Program-made: the position numbers and the translations under genes
Shown: positions 13,121-26,897 of the stretch, one piece after another
Layout: each line of letters begins with the position of its first letter
Numbering within the stretch: the first letter of the stretch is position 1
Source: Mustelus asterias
Lineage: Eukaryota
Assembly (NCBI RefSeq): GCF_964213995.1
Contig: NC_135828.1
Location: 30,442,001-30,506,000 of the forward strand
Reading direction: 5' to 3'
Length of the DNA stretch: 64,000 bases
The notes under the pieces: model-generated
The model's input: the letters and a program-made list of their open reading frames with translations, nothing else
What the model was told of the DNA's origin: nothing
The model's database searches: none

Positions 13121-13917
13121 ATGCTCATCAGTTTGCTCGCCTTTGCTCTGCTATTTATATCCCCAAGTAAGATAATCTTGACTATTGCTCAGCGCTGTTC
13201 TTCTCTCATTTTCAGCGGGAAATGAATTACGATTCTGTTTCGTGCTATTGGTTCGATCGGAGAAGTGTATTTGCGCAAGGAAACTCCAACATCGATATTT
13301 CAAAATAACCAGCGCAAATTCTTCTGAAAAGACGTTTAATATTCTTCAAGCTACGATTCATATTTATCGATGACAGATATTCTCATTTTAATTTAAAACT
13401 CCAGAAAACGTTAGTTTCATTATTCTGCCTTTCATTTCCGTTTAATTCCAGAAATATGGAAATAACTGTGTGATGATGTTTTGTGTTGTAAAGCTTGCAT
13501 GCAGGTGAAACACGTTTCATGTCGGTTATTTGCCGAAGCATCAATTGGAAATCTACCTTCTCGAATGTAGCCGATGATTAAACTTGTCGCCTGTTTATTT
13601 TTTCCCAGAGTTTTCACGGGCCGATTTGATACACTCGTGGACGGCTTCGCTCGCAGTTCAACAGGGACAATAGGCCGGGTTAAATTGTTATCAGAATGGC
13701 AGTATGCGGAATGTCATGCTCTGGTACCGCCAAATTCGTGGGCAAGGTTTCACGCTCATCGGGTATAAGCACGTCGGCAGCGACGCTGTATATGAAGCAG
13801 ACTTCGGAACTGGATTTCAAATCACACAGACTGCGAACGATAAGATGTCCACACTAACGATCCTAAGGGTTAAACGTGTCGGCTCAGCGATATATTACTG
13901 TGCTGCTAGTGATGGTG
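13121..13917 (+). pseudogene. TRBV: TCR V pseudogene V2; leader 13121-13166, V exon 13609-13917
   Basis: Leader MLISLLAFALLFISP|gtaaga. V exon ..LNCYQNGS..WYRQ..IYYCAASDG has an in-frame TAG at 13671-13673. Confidence 0.9.
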
Positions 13918-13956
13918 CTCAGCGCTGCAGACTCAGCAGAAGCCCTGACAAAAACT
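13918..13956 (+). other. Defective 23-RSS of V2
   Basis: CTCAGCG (CAC broken) + 23 bp + ACAAAAACT. Confidence 0.88.
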
Positions 13957-14489
13957 GAAGCACAGAAACATTTCGGTCCTCTCATACCCCTCGTTCACAG
14001 TTACTCTCCCTTATCCTTTTGAGCAAGAGAACCAGAAAACAAAAATGAATGAATTTGTAGCGATGTAAAGGGAGATGTTTGAAATGGGAAGGAGAAAGAA
14101 GGACGGTGAGCCTGTGTAAAATGCTCTATAGGAGAGTCGGTACAGACTCGATGGGCCGGATGGCCACCTACTGCACTACAGGGATTCAGTGGTTCTATGG
14201 AACAGAGAGAAGGGAACGAAAGAAAGGACACGGTAAAGATCTGCGGATTTAATTGCAGTCGTGAGTTGATCTGGTGTGTTCTGCATTGTATCTAACTTTC
14301 TCCAATAAGCGTTTCTTGCAATCATCTGCAAATATCTAATATTTGATTTCTGATGCTGTGAAAGTTACATTCCGTCCAATGAATGTTCATTGAAACGGAA
14401 CAGAATGATTAGAGTCTACATCACCCAGTACGGCAGAAGTGTTTTTGATATTTTTAGCGTTAATTAATTCCAAGAGAATTCCTGCTGCC

Positions 14490-14786
14490 AAACAGGAGGA
14501 TGCGGTGCACCAGCACTCTCCTTTGTTTGATATCAACAAGCGACGACCCGTGGGAATGCACTCACTGCACAGAGAACTTCTGGCTAGCAGGCTAATACAT
14601 ATTTCGTCCATCGGTCAAGGCTTCATGTTAATCGACTCTATTCGTTTCGGCCTAAATGTTCGGACTCCGTAGGGTGTTATGAGCAGATTAGCGACTATGA
14701 TGAACATTGAAAAGAGCTCCACTCTGAAGTTTGCGAGCATCAAAGCCAAAGTGGGGGATATGCATTTCTGTGAAGCTTTTGATGGG
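14490..14786 (+). pseudogene. Degraded V relic related to V2
   Basis: One frame reads DAVHQ..GQGFMLIDS..*..KSSTLKFASIKAKVGDMHFCEAFDG, aligning to V2 GQGFTLIG..MSTLTILRVKRVGSAIYYCAASDG; stop at 14670-14672. Confidence 0.65.
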
Positions 14787-14906
14787 TGCTGTTTTTCTGA
14801 CCCTTTCATCTCATAGACAAGGCTCTTCACGTGGCTTTGATCGATAGTATGCTGGGAATTAGGAACAATATCAAGTTTATAGAAGTTGCGCCTTTTTGCC
14901 ACAACA

Positions 14907-15063
14907 TGATATGGAGTTGCCGGCGTTGGACTGGGGTAGGCACAGTAAGGAGTCTCACAACACCAGGTTAAAGTCCGACAGGTTTATTTGGTCGCAGGAG
15001 CTTGAAGGGGCAACGCTCCGAAAGCTCGTGCAACCAAATAAACCTGTTGGACTTAACCTGGTC
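14907..15063. mobile_element. Penelope-like fold-back mini-element, copy 1 (degenerate)
   Basis: Same TGATRTGGAG(A/T)TGCCGGCGTTGGACTGGGG end as other copies; internal inverted repeat; flanked by TTGCCACAACA / TTGCCACTACA. Confidence 0.75.
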
Positions 15064-16501
15064 TTGCCACTACATGGCGCTGGATCTCCACTGTAGCCTG
15101 TGTCAAATATACCTCTTGGTTTCTCCTGTTTAGTGAACCGACTACATAGTCATTACAAAATTCAATGTATTTATTTGACTGATGGTTCTTATTTCCCAAA
15201 TGAACTCAAAAAATGTACATTTTTTCAAGCTGATGCGGTCGTCACGGATCTATCTTTGAAGCTGTCCTATTGCTTAAGGGCCTGTCACAAATAAATGGTA
15301 TCGACTGCAATAAAAATGTCATCTTGAAGTGCACGTTTACCGTAGCGTGTTTGACATAACATCGACCTCTCGTGATCTCCGACCTTTGCCTAAATTGTCA
15401 GACTGCGTATGCAACACTCAGTGCCCGATGAACAGGAACGGCCTGTGCGAAATTTCCTAGGGCAAAAAAAAAGTTGATTTCAATCCTCACTCCAAGTGCT
15501 GTCGCTTCGTTTAGACTCCGTCGCTTTCCATTGTAAATACAGACGCTGAACAACATTGCCAGGCAATTTAGTGTAATAACTAAATACGCCCGCAGAGCTC
15601 TTGTCATGCTTTATTGTGTATTTTTTCAGGGAATGCCATACTTACTGGCGAGGCCAAACTTTGCTACTGGTCCCTGGGAGGAAAGGCAGCGTTCAACCTC
15701 TTTTTCTTCCTTCATTCATGGGATCAGGGCGTGATTGGCTGGACAAACATTTATTCAACATCCCTAATTTCCCTCGAGAAGGTTGTAGCGAGCGGTCTTG
15801 TTGAATTGGTTTCGTCAATTTCTTCCCGTTCACAAGTTGTTATATCTGATCGGTCTGCTCGACCATTTATGAGTTCCTTTCGGAGTCACCAACACGTATA
15901 TCTGGGTGTGAACATAATAGACTATTGATCCAGGTTAATAGCCTTGTGGGAAGGGATCAAATCCAAGAAGATTAGCTGGTGAAACTAAAATTTAAGTATT
16001 GAAATTCGAAAACGTAAGGAATTGAAATTGAACAAACAAATCCATCATTGTCTGCTGCAAATAGGAACATCTGGTTTTCTAATGCCATTTTCCCAAGAAA
16101 ATTTGCCGCCACTTCCTGCGCTGCCTTGTGGCTTTTGCACCTCCAGTGATGTGGTGCAGCAAGCCGCTCAGTTAAAGGGAAATGAGGTCAAGAGCAGCAA
16201 ATAGCGGCCATGTGAATAAATAGAACATAAATAATACGCGCGGCAGTGAGACAGTCAGAGCCGCAGATGGAGGAATGTTAAGAGAGTAAATCACAGAGAT
16301 AAAAACAGGTTGGGGAGCAATTGATATGCTCAAATGAGGGATGAATGCAAACAACATAAAGTCACTTCCTTATATTCCTCACATTGCTTCAAATGGTTTG
16401 AAATTCATGGTTTGGTTATTTCCAGACGTCCTCTTTGCATTCTCGGCGCCTTACAGATCTAGAAGACTGTGAGCAGTATTGGTCTCCTTATATAAAGAAA
16501 T

Positions 16502-18981
16502 ATAGAAACATAGAAAAACTACAGCACAAACCGGCCCTTCGGCCCACAAGTTGTGCCGAACACATCCCTACCTTCTAGACCTACCTATAACCCTCCATCC
16601 TATTACGCTCCATGTACTCATCCAGGAGTACCTTAAAAGACCCTATTGAGTTCGCCTCCACCACCACTGACGGCAGCCGATTCCACTCGCCCACCACCCT
16701 CTGTGTGAAAAACTTCCCCCTAACATTTCCCCTGTACCTACCCCCCAGCCCCTTAAAACTGTGTCCTCTCGTAGCAGCCATTTCCACCCTGGGAAAAAGC
16801 CTCTGAGAGTCCACCCGATCTATGCCTCTCAACATCTTATACACCTCTATTAGGTCTCCTCTCATCCTTCGTCTCTCGAAGGAGAAAAGACCGAGCTCCC
16901 TCAGCCTATCCTCATAAGGCATGCCACTCAATCCAGGCAACACCCTTGTAAATCTCCTCTGCACCCTTTCAATCTTTTCCACATCCTTCCGATAGTGAGG
17001 CGACCAGAACTGAGCACAGTACTCCAAGTGGGGTCTGACGAGGGTCTTATATAGCTGCATCATTATCCCCGGACTCCGAAACTCAATCCCTCGATTGATA
17101 AAGCCAGCACACCATACGCCTTCTTAACCACCTCCTCCACCTGCGGGGCCGATTTCAGAGTCCTATGGACCCGCACCCCAAGGTCCTTCTGATCCTCTAC
17201 AGTACTAAGAGTCTTTCCCTTTATATTGTACTCCTTCATCCCATTTGACCTACCAAAATGGACCACGACGCATTTATTTGGGTTGACGTCCATCTTCCAC
17301 TTGTCCGCCCAGTCTTGCATCCTATCTATGTCCCTCTGAAACTTCTCACAACCCTCCAGACTATCCACAACCCCACCAACCTTCGTGTCGTCGTCAAACT
17401 TACCAACCCATCCCTCCGCTTCCTCATCCAGGTCATTTATGAAAATGACAAACAGCAAGGGTCCCAGAACAGATCTCTGGGGCACACCACTGGTGACCGA
17501 CCTCCATTTAGAAAAATACCCATCTATACCCACTCTCTGCCTCCTTTGGGCAAGCCAGTTCTGGATCCACCGGGCAGCAGCCCCTTGGATCCCATGCCCT
17601 CTCACTTTTTCCAGAAGCCTTGCATGGGGGACCTTATCGAACGCCTTTCTAAAATCCATATAAACCACATCTACCGCCTTCCCTTCGTCAATGTGTTTAG
17701 TCACATTTTCTAAGTACTCCACCAGGCTCGTAAGGCACGATCTGCCCTTGACAAAGCCATGCTGAGTATTCTTGAGCATACTAAACCTGTCCAAATGCTC
17801 ATATATCCTGTCCTTCAGGATCCTCTCCATCAGTTAACCAACCACTGAGGTTAGACTCACCGGTCGGTAATGACCTGGGCTATCCCTATTCCTCTTCTTG
17901 AAAATAGGAACCACATCCGCAATCCTCCAATCCTCCGGCACCTTTCCCGTCTCCATCGACGATGCAAAGTTCATCGCCAGAGGCTCTGCAATCTCTTCCC
18001 TCGCCTCCCACAGTAACTTGGGGTACATCCCATCTGGACCCGGTGACTTATCTATCTTGATGCCATTCAAAGATTCCAGCACAACCTCTTTGTTAAAGTC
18101 CACATACTCAATCCTTTCAGTCCACCGCACGCCCGCAGTACATCGAACCAGGTCTTTCTCCTCTGTGAAAACCGAGGCAAAATACTCATTGAGCACCTAT
18201 GCCATTTCTACTGGTTCCGTACAGGCTTTCCCGCCTTCACCTTTTATAGGCCCTATTCCTTCACGTCTCATCCTTTGACTTTTCACATATTTATAGAACG
18301 CCTTAGGGTTCTCCTTAATCCTACCTGCCAGGGCCTTCTCGTGACCCCTTCTGGCTCTCCTAATTTCCTTCTTTAGTCCCTTCCTACAAGCCGTATACTC
18401 TTCTAAATCCCAATCTTTGCTAAGCTCTCTGAGCCTTTTGTACACTTTCCTTTTCTTCTCGACTAGGTCCCGCACAGCTTTCGTGCACCACGGTTCCTTT
18501 AACCGACCAACACCACCCTGTCTGATCGGAACGTTGTCCTGTAGAACTCTAGGCAGACATTCCTTCAAAAACTGCCACCTCTCTTCAGTACATTTCCCCG
18601 AGAATACCTCCTTCCAATTTTCTCCTCTAATTTGCTGTCTAATGTCTTCATATTTCCCCTTACTCCATATAAACACTTTCCTAGCTTGCCTGATCCTCTC
18701 TTTTGCCAATGCAAGCCTAAAGGAGATAGAGTTATGATGGCTATCCCCAAGATGCTTTCCCACTGAGAGATCTGACACCTGTCCAGGTTCATTGGTCAGT
18801 ATCAGATCAAGTACTGCCTCTCCTCTTGTAGCCTTGTCTACATGCTGTGTCAGGAAACCCTCCTGAACTCACCTAACGAACTCTTCCCCATCCAATCCCC
18901 TTACCCTAGGGATATTCCAATCTATGTTTGGGAAGTTAAAGTCTCCCATCACAACAACTCTGCTATTACTGCATCTCTCCA
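16502..18981 (-). mobile_element. CR1 LINE, 5'-truncated, inserted into an older + strand CR1 fragment (about 16465-19106)
   Basis: RT and endonuclease ORF pieces 16581-18778. The flanks join to an old RT C-terminus (CEQYWSPY..EERLNNLGLDSLEF). Confidence 0.93.
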
Positions 18982-19499
18982 GTTGTTAGATTGGAGGCAT
19001 GTCAGTAAAGGTTCATTCTGTTGAATCCCGATATGGAGGGATTGTATCACGAGGAACGATTAAACAATTTGGGACTTGATTCACTGGAATTCAGTAGAAT
19101 GAGAGACTGGGTGTGGCAGGAGCTGTGCTGAAAACAATTGGGGTGTGATGGGCATGCCAGTCGGATGTATGGGCGGGTCTTTCAATCAGCGAATGAAGAA
19201 CTTGGACGCCTCCTCTCGAGGGCCGATTGGATTGTCAAGTAAATAAAGGTGGGTTTTAAGGGCGGGGTTGACTGTGCTGCAAATTTCGTTAGGATGCCAC
19301 GAGATTGGCTAACAGTGAGCTGAAATCCGGAAAGGGGGAATTGGCCTGGTAATTTGATGTTCGTGCGCAGCCGCTTTTTCTATGAATGTTCAAGGCTATC
19401 CACGTTTCAGGCCGCCATTTGCTCAAATCTTGCAAACCTCATGTATCCAGGCAACTAATAAACCGTGTAGTCTGTGCTCAGAAACCCTGAATTATGAAA

Positions 19500-20484
19500 A
19501 TGCGGACCTAGCTTTTGTTCTCCATCTCGCTCTTGTTCTTATTGGTGGGTAAGTAAATAAAAAAGTTGGCGTTACAGGAGGCATTTAGGGTTTCGAGTTG
19601 CAAGTCGCCAGAGATCCGGCAGATCAAGTGCTTAACAGAGGGACGTCGGGTGAAATCAGAAAAAGTGGTGAGAAAGAATGGATCAGAGGGAATGAGGGAA
19701 GTTAAGAATGAGGAAGCGAGCGACAGCCAGGTGAAAGACAGGAAAAGGATTGTCAAACAAATAATATTGTCCTGTCCAGTGACCAAGGAAGAGATACATT
19801 GATTTGGACAGATGAATTGAAGCTCCGACAATCCTTCATCGTAATAAAACGGGATCCCGGACACATATGCTCCTAACTAACAAAAAAAGCCTGCGAGTTT
19901 AGTCCATCTTTCTTGACTTATAAGGTTTTCCAAAAATATCATCTTCTGGGATAGAGCGGAGATATTTTTCACAAGATTGACAAAAGAAAATGAGGGCATT
20001 TGTTGCCTCTCGTAGTGTCATAATTTAATTTGACATTGACCATTGTGCATGATTGGTTCACTTGCTTTTTTTATTTCCCTATCATGAATTCTGCTAGCCA
20101 GAAATTCAAGTCTTTCAATCTGAGTTTTGGAAATTGTGCAATGCCAACACAACCGTCTCAATATCTTCTTGCTCTTGTTTTATTTGAGGGTTTGGCGAGT
20201 CTGAGAAGATCCTTCAGTCGCTCAAGTCTGTATCGGTCGGAGAGGCTGTGTAAATATCCCGTGCATCCAGTATGGGTCTGATAGTTGGATGTACTGGTAC
20301 CGTCAGTCACCGGTTCTGGGCTTCCAGAACATTCTTTCCGCAGTGCAGCGAGGTAAACCGACCAGGTCAGACGGTATCACGGATCGGTTCAACGCCCAGA
20401 AGACTGCAAATGGCTCCTTCCATCTGAAGATCAGGGAGGCACAGCCGAGAGATGCCGCTGGATATTTCTGCGCCTCCAGTGATG
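19500..20484 (+). pseudogene. TRBV: TCR V pseudogene V3, paralog of V1; leader 19500-19548, V exon 20189-20484
   Basis: Leader MRT*LLFSISLLFLLV (TAG 19509-19511). A 4-nt deletion in FR1 gives TAA at 20251; the downstream frame reads MYWYRQ..YFCASSD. Confidence 0.92.
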
Positions 20485-20515
20485 CACACTCGGGCTGACC
20501 CGTGCTACAAAAACC
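20485..20515 (+). other. Defective RSS of V3 (8-nt deletion)
   Basis: CACACTC + 15 bp + ACAAAAACC; the V1 spacer aligns with 8 nt missing. Confidence 0.88.
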
Positions 20516-20569
20516 CCAAACCGTCTTAGACGCCACCCCTCAGAGGTTATAAATATATAAAATTTATAA

Positions 20570-23500
20570 ATATATAAAAAGGAATAGAGTGGCTAGAGTG
20601 AATGTTGGACCCTTGGAGGACGAGAGGGGGGAGTTAATAGTGGGAAATGAGGATATGGCTGAGTCTTTAAATCAGTTTTTTGTGTCGGTCTTCACGGTGG
20701 AGGACACAAATAGTTTGCCAAATATTAACGATAGAGGGTTGGCAGCAGGAGAAATACTTAATACAATTAATGTTACCAGAGAGGCAGTGCTGGGTAGACT
20801 AATGGGACTGAAGGTGGACAAGTCCCCAGGTCCGGATGGAATGCATCAAAGAACAAAGAACAAAGAACAATACAGCACAGGAACAGGCCCTTCGGCCCTC
20901 CAAGCCCGCGCCGCTCCCCGGTCCAGGATTGAATCCTGAATCCAGGATCCCCGCCCAATTTTCCAGCCTATCTACATACCAATATCCTATCCACCGAGCT
21001 GTCCCTCACAGCTACGATGCTTTGTTCATTACAACCTATTAACTCACCCCCACCCCCCCATTCCAGACCATGTGATCTCCAGGGAGAGGCGAAAACCCAG
21101 AGTGAAAACCCCAGGGCCAATATGGGGAAAAGAAATCTGGGAAATTCCTCTCCGACCCCCTGAGGCGATCGAAACGAGTCCAGGAGATCACAATGGCCCT
21201 GATCGGAAAATGCTTCCCAACCCTAGTCATTTCCACTTCCACGAACACCATATGAATTCCCTGCCCCCGAGACAGGTTCCCAACTATCCGAAGTCTCGCT
21301 CTGTACTGGCACCAGCAAGATGATCATAGAATGAAGCCTTGAAACGAGAAACAAGGAACAATTAGCCCGCGCCGCTCCCTGGTCCAGACTAGACCACTCT
21401 TTTGTATCCCTCCATTCCCACTCCGTTCATATAGCTGTCTAGATAAGTCTTAAACGTTCCCAGTGTGTCCGCCTCCACCACCTTGCCCGGCAACACATTC
21501 CAGGCCCCCACGACCCTCTGTGTGAAATATGTCCTTCTGATATCTGTGTTAAACCTCCCCCCCTTCACCTTGAACCTATGACCCCTCGTGAACGTCACCA
21601 CCGACCCGGGGAAAAGCTTCCCACCGTTCACCCAATCTATGCCTTTCATAATTTTATACACCTCTATTAAGTCTCCCCTCATCCTCCGTCTTTCCAAGGA
21701 GAACAACCCCAGTTTCCCCAATCTCTCCTCATAACCAAGCCCCTCCATACCAGGCAACATCCTGGTAAACCTCCTCTGTACTCTCTCCAAAGCCTCCACG
21801 TCCTTCTGGTAGTGTGGCGACCAGAACTGGACGCAGTATTCCAAATGCGGCCGAACCAACGTTCTATACATCTGCAACATCAGACCCCAACTCTTATACT
21901 CTATGCCCCGTCCTATAAAGGCAAGCATGCCATATGCCTTCTTCACCACCTTCTCCACCTGTGACGTCACCTTCAAAGATCTGTGGACTTGCACACCCAG
22001 GTCCCTCTGCGTCTCTACACCCTTTATGGTTCTTCCATTTATCTTGTAGCTCCTCCCTACATTATTCCCACCAAAATGCATCACTTCGCATTGATCAGGA
22101 TTGAACTCCATCTGCCATTTCCTTGCCCAAATTTCCAGCCTATCTATATCCTTCTGTAGCCTCTGACAATGTTCCTCACTATCTGCAAGTCCTGCCAGTT
22201 TTGTGTCGTCCGCAAACTTACTGATCACCCCAGTTATTCCTTCTTCCAGATCATTTATATAAATCACAAACAGCAGAGGTCCCAATACAGAGCCCTGCGG
22301 TACACCACTAGTCACAGGCCTCCAGCCGGAAAAAGACCCTTCCACTACCACCCTCTGTCTTCTATGACCAAGCCAGTTCTCCACCCATCTAGCCACCTCC
22401 CCCTTTATCCCATGGGATCCAACCTTTTTCACTAGCCTACCATGAGGGACTTTGTCAAACGCTTTACTAAAGTCCATATAGACAACATCCACGGCCCTTC
22501 CTTCGTCAACCATTTTGGTCACTTCTTCAAAAAACACCACCAGGTTAGTGAGGCATGACCTCCCTCTCACAAAACCATGTTGACGATCGTTAATGAGTTT
22601 ATTCCTTTCTAAATGCGCATACATCCTATCTCTAAGAATCTTCTCCAACAACTTCCCCACCACGGACGTCAAGCTCACCGGCTTATAATTACCCGGGTTA
22701 TCCTTCCTACCCTTCTTAAATAACGGGACCACATTGGCTATCCTCCAATCCTCTGGGACCTCACCTGTGTCCAGTGACGAGAGCAAAGAAGAAGAGCACT
22801 CTGGGGGAGGACGACCTCACTGAGCCTGGGGGTCTGGAGTGCTTATACTTCAATGCAAGGAGCGTAGCAGGTAAAACAGACGAACTTGGGGCCTTAATGC
22901 GCATGAGGAATTTGGATGTGGTTGCGGTGACAGAGACTTGGTTGAAAGAGGGACAGGACTGGCAGCTGAATATTCCAGGGTACAAGTGTTTTAGGCGAGA
23001 CAGAGGAGGGGCCAAAAGAGGTGGGGGAGTAGCGGTATTGGTTGGAGAGCATATTACAACGGTGCAGAGGGAGGACAATTCGGAGTAGTCGTGTAGCGAG
23101 TCACTCTGGGTGGAGCTTAGAAACAGGAAAGGCGTAGTCACTATGTTGGGGGTGTACTACAGGCCCCCCAACAGCCCAAGGGAAGTGGAAGAATGGATAT
23201 GTCAGGAGATACTGGATAGGTGCAGGAAATATAGGGTTGTTGTAATGGGAGACTTCAATTTCCCTGGTATAGACTGGAAATCGCTGAGGGCAGGGACTCT
23301 GGATGGGGAGGAATTTGTAAAATGTGTACAGGAGGGTTCGTTGGAACAATATGTGGACAGCCCAACTAGAGAGAGGGCTATACTTGACCTGGTACTGGAG
23401 AATGAGCCCGGTCAGGTCTTCAAAGTTTTGGTTGGGGAACATGTGGCAAATAGTGACCACAATTCTGTTAGCTTTAGGATAGTGATGGAAAAGGATGAGT

Positions 23501-25800
23501 GGTGTCCCAAGGGTAAGGTGTTGGATTGGGGGAAGGCTAACTTTATTGGGATCAGGCAGAAATTGGCAGCTCTTGATTGGGAGAGGCTGTTTGAGGGTAA
23601 ATCCACATCTGGTATGTGGCAGTCTTTTAAGGAACGGTTGTTAAGGCTACAGGACAAGCATGTGCCTGTAAAAAAGAAGGATAGGAAGGGTAGGATTAGA
23701 GAACCGTGGATAACCAGGGAAATTGAGGGACTGGTCAAAAGGAAAAGAGAGGCGTATGTTAGATCCAAGCAGCTAAAAACGGAGGGAGCTCTGGAGGAGT
23801 ACAATGAAAGTAGGAAAATACTCAAACGGGGAATTAGAAGAGCAAAAAGGGGTCACGAAGTGTTCTTGACAGACAGGATTAAGGAGAATCCCAAGGCATT
23901 TTATTCATACGTTAGGAACAAAAGGGTTGTTAGGGAAAAAATCGGACCTCTCAGGGACAAAAGTGGGGACTTATGCTTGGAGCCCAAAGAAGTAGGGGAG
24001 ATCCTAAATGAATACTTTGCGTCGGTATTCACAAAGGAGAGGGATGTGTTGACTGGGAGTGTCTCGGAGGGGAGTGTTGAACCGTTGGCGAAAATCTCCA
24101 TTACAAAGGAGGAAGTGTTAGGTTTGTTAGAGAATATAAAGACTGACAAATCCCCAGGGCCTGATGGAATGTATCCAAGGCTGCTCAGGGAGACGAGAGG
24201 TGAAATCGTTGGGCCTCTGACGCAAATCTTTGTCTCGTCATCCCAGGGTATTGAAAGAAATGTCAGAGGTAATAGTGGATGCGTTAGTGATTATTTATCA
24301 AAACTCGTTGCATTCTGGGGTAGTGCCGGTTGATTGGAAAACGGCTAATGTTACGCCGCTGTTTAAAAAAGGAAGGAGACAAAAGGCGGGTAACTATAGG
24401 CCGGTCAGCTTAACGTCTGTAGTAGGGAAAATGCTGGAATCCATTATTAAAGAGGAGATAGCAGGGCATCTGGATAGAAATGGTTCGATCAATCAGACGC
24501 AGCATGGATTCATGAGGGGAAAGTCGTGCTTGACGAACATGTTGGATTTTTATGAAGATGTGACTAGGGCGGTTGATGGAGGAGAACCGGTGGATGCGGT
24601 GCTTTTGGATTTCCAAAAGGCATTTGATAAGGTGCCCCATAAAAGGCTGCTGAAGAAGATTAGGGCACACGGAGTTGGGGGTAGTGTGTTAAAGTGGATT
24701 GGGGACTGGCTATCCGACAGGAAGCAAAGAGTCGGAATAAATGGGTGTTTTTCCGGTTGGAGGAAGGTAACTAGTGGCGTGCCGCAGGGATCGGTACTCG
24801 GGCCGCAACTATTTACCATTTATATAGATGAGCTGGAGGAGGGGACGGAGTGTAGGTTAACGAAGTTTGCAGACGACACAAAGATAAGTGGAAAAGTGAA
24901 TCGTGTGGAGGACGGAGAAGATCTGCAGAGAGATTTGGACAGGCTGAGTGAGTGGGCGAGGATATGGCAAATGGAGTATAACGTTGAGAAATGCGAGGTT
25001 ATACACTTTGGAGGAAATAATAACAAATGGGATTACTATCTCAATGGAAACAAATTAAAACATGCTACCGTGCAAAGGGACCTGGGGGTCCTTGTGCATG
25101 AGACGCAAAAGCCCAGTCTGCAGGTACAACAGGTGATCAAGAAGGCAAATGGGATGTTGGCCTATATTGCGAAGGCGATAGAATATAAAAGCAGGGATGT
25201 CTTGATGCACCTGTACAGGGCATTGGTGAGGCCGCAGCTGGAATACTGTGTGCAGTATTGGTCCCCTTATATGAGGAAGGATATATTGGCATTGGAGGGA
25301 GTGCAGAGAAGGTTCACCAGGTTGATACCGGAGATGAGGGGTTTGGATTATGAGGAGAGGCTGAGGAGATTGGGTTTGTACTCGTTGGAGTTTAGAAGGA
25401 TGAGGGGGGATCTTATGGAGACTTATAAGATAATGCGGGGGCTGGATAGGGTGGAGGCGGAGAGATTCTTTCCACTTAGTAAGGAAGTTAAAACTAGAGG
25501 ACACAGCCTCAAAATAAAGGGGGGTCGGTTTAAGACAGAGTTGAGGAGGAACCTCTTCTCCCAGAGGGTGGTGAATCTCTGGAATTCTCTGCCCACTGAG
25601 GTGGTGGAGGCTACCTCGCTGAATATGTTTAAAGCGCGGATGGATGGATTCCTGATCGGTAAGGGAATTAAGGGTTATGGGGATCAGGCGGGTAAGTGGT
25701 ACTGATCCACGTCAGATCAGCCATGATCTTATTGAATGGCGGGGTAGGCTCGAGGGGCTAGATGGCCTACTCCTGCTCCTATTTCTTATGTTCTTATGTT
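20570..25800 (+). mobile_element. Host CR1 LINE (5'-truncated), split by a nested insertion at 20848-24238
   Basis: ORF2 reads ..KSPGPDGMH (to about 20847) and resumes HPRVLKE.. (from about 24239) through a full RT to 25705; (TTCTTATG)n tail. Confidence 0.93.
20848..24238 (-). mobile_element. Nested CR1 with inverted 5' segment (3' part 20848-22781 on minus; endonuclease part about 22775-24240 on plus)
   Basis: The plus segment ends ..TQIFVSS and the minus segment begins SSLDTGEVPEDW, so the two are contiguous in ORF2; CATC flanks both ends. Confidence 0.9.
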
Positions 25801-26187
25801 ATTAATGGACTATTTAGTTCATAGGCATTCAGATGGATGGAGACGGTGGATAGATGAGCAGATAGATGGACCGATAGATACATAGAGAAATAGACTGAGA
25901 CATGCAGAGAGATAGACTTTAGAGAAAACTGATGGTTACGCACCCTCCTGGAATTGGCTGTCGCTGACCCCTACCCACACCGCCGGTTTATAAACCGTTT
26001 CTCCTGTCCTTATGTGGCAGATGGTTCCGCTCTCTTGATCCCCCTCACTTCTCCATTTCATACCGCGGGCTCCAGCTGACATTTGTATCTCCCTTTCGCA
26101 CCCATTATTTTGGTTATGTTGCCCTATTGTCTCTCCCCATCTCCCAGTCTCCCCTCAATCATGTAAAATGAAAAAAATTCCTTTCAG

Positions 26188-26490
26188 AGTTTTTATTTGC
26201 AAGGGATCCCTACCGTTTTGCAAAGTCACTGATTTCTTAACGGTAGCCGCCCGCGAACAGTGACTGTGAGGTTTTATCTGCAGTAATATCATCCCAGAGT
26301 ATTGTGATATCGACAGAGTCCAAACAAGTCCTCCGAATTCCGCACCTCCGTGCGTGAGACAGAGACTGGCGCGAGATACGAGGAGTACTCAGGGTATGGT
26401 CGGCAGCAGGGGAACAGACAACTACCACTTTAAGCTGTCCCAGCTGCAGCCCAGTCACTCGGTTGCGTATGGATACGGATCGCTGGCCAT
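26188..26490 (+). pseudogene. Degraded V relic of a family not otherwise seen here
   Basis: IPTVLQS..TVTVRFYLQ*..VL*YRQSPNKSSEF (Trp to stop at 26305), then after a frameshift YHFKLSQLQPSHSVAY. Confidence 0.6.
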
Positions 26491-26609
26491 GGATAATTTC
26501 AGGAACACACGGCGACTTGCTCTAAACACCACAGTCGGCGCTTGGAGATATCAACAGAGCGGTCCAAACCGTTTGATATCTTGTCATTGCATTTTGGATG
26601 AACCTGAGG

Positions 26610-26897
26610 CAGATTCACCGTTGAAGGACATAGCTTTAAATTGAGGGGTGACAGATTTTGGACAGATGTTAGAGGTAGGTTCTTTACTCAGAGAGTAGTA
26701 AGGGCGTGGAATGCCCTGCCTGCAGCAGTAGTGGACTCGTCAACATAAAGAGCATTCAAATGGTTATTGGATAAACATATGGATGATATTGGAATAGTGT
26801 AGATTAGAGGGGCTTTAGATTGGTTCCACTGGTCGGGGCAACATCGAGGGCCAAAGGGCCTGTACTGCGCTGTAATGTTCTATGTTCTATGTTCTAT
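26610..26897 (+). mobile_element. CR1 3' fragment
   Basis: Matches the 3' end of 51187-53669; (TTCTATG)n tail. Confidence 0.9.

Noticed and set aside
15630-15685. J-like peptide TYWRGQTLLLVPG
   Set aside because: Lacks F/W-G-x-G, has no upstream RSS and no splice donor.
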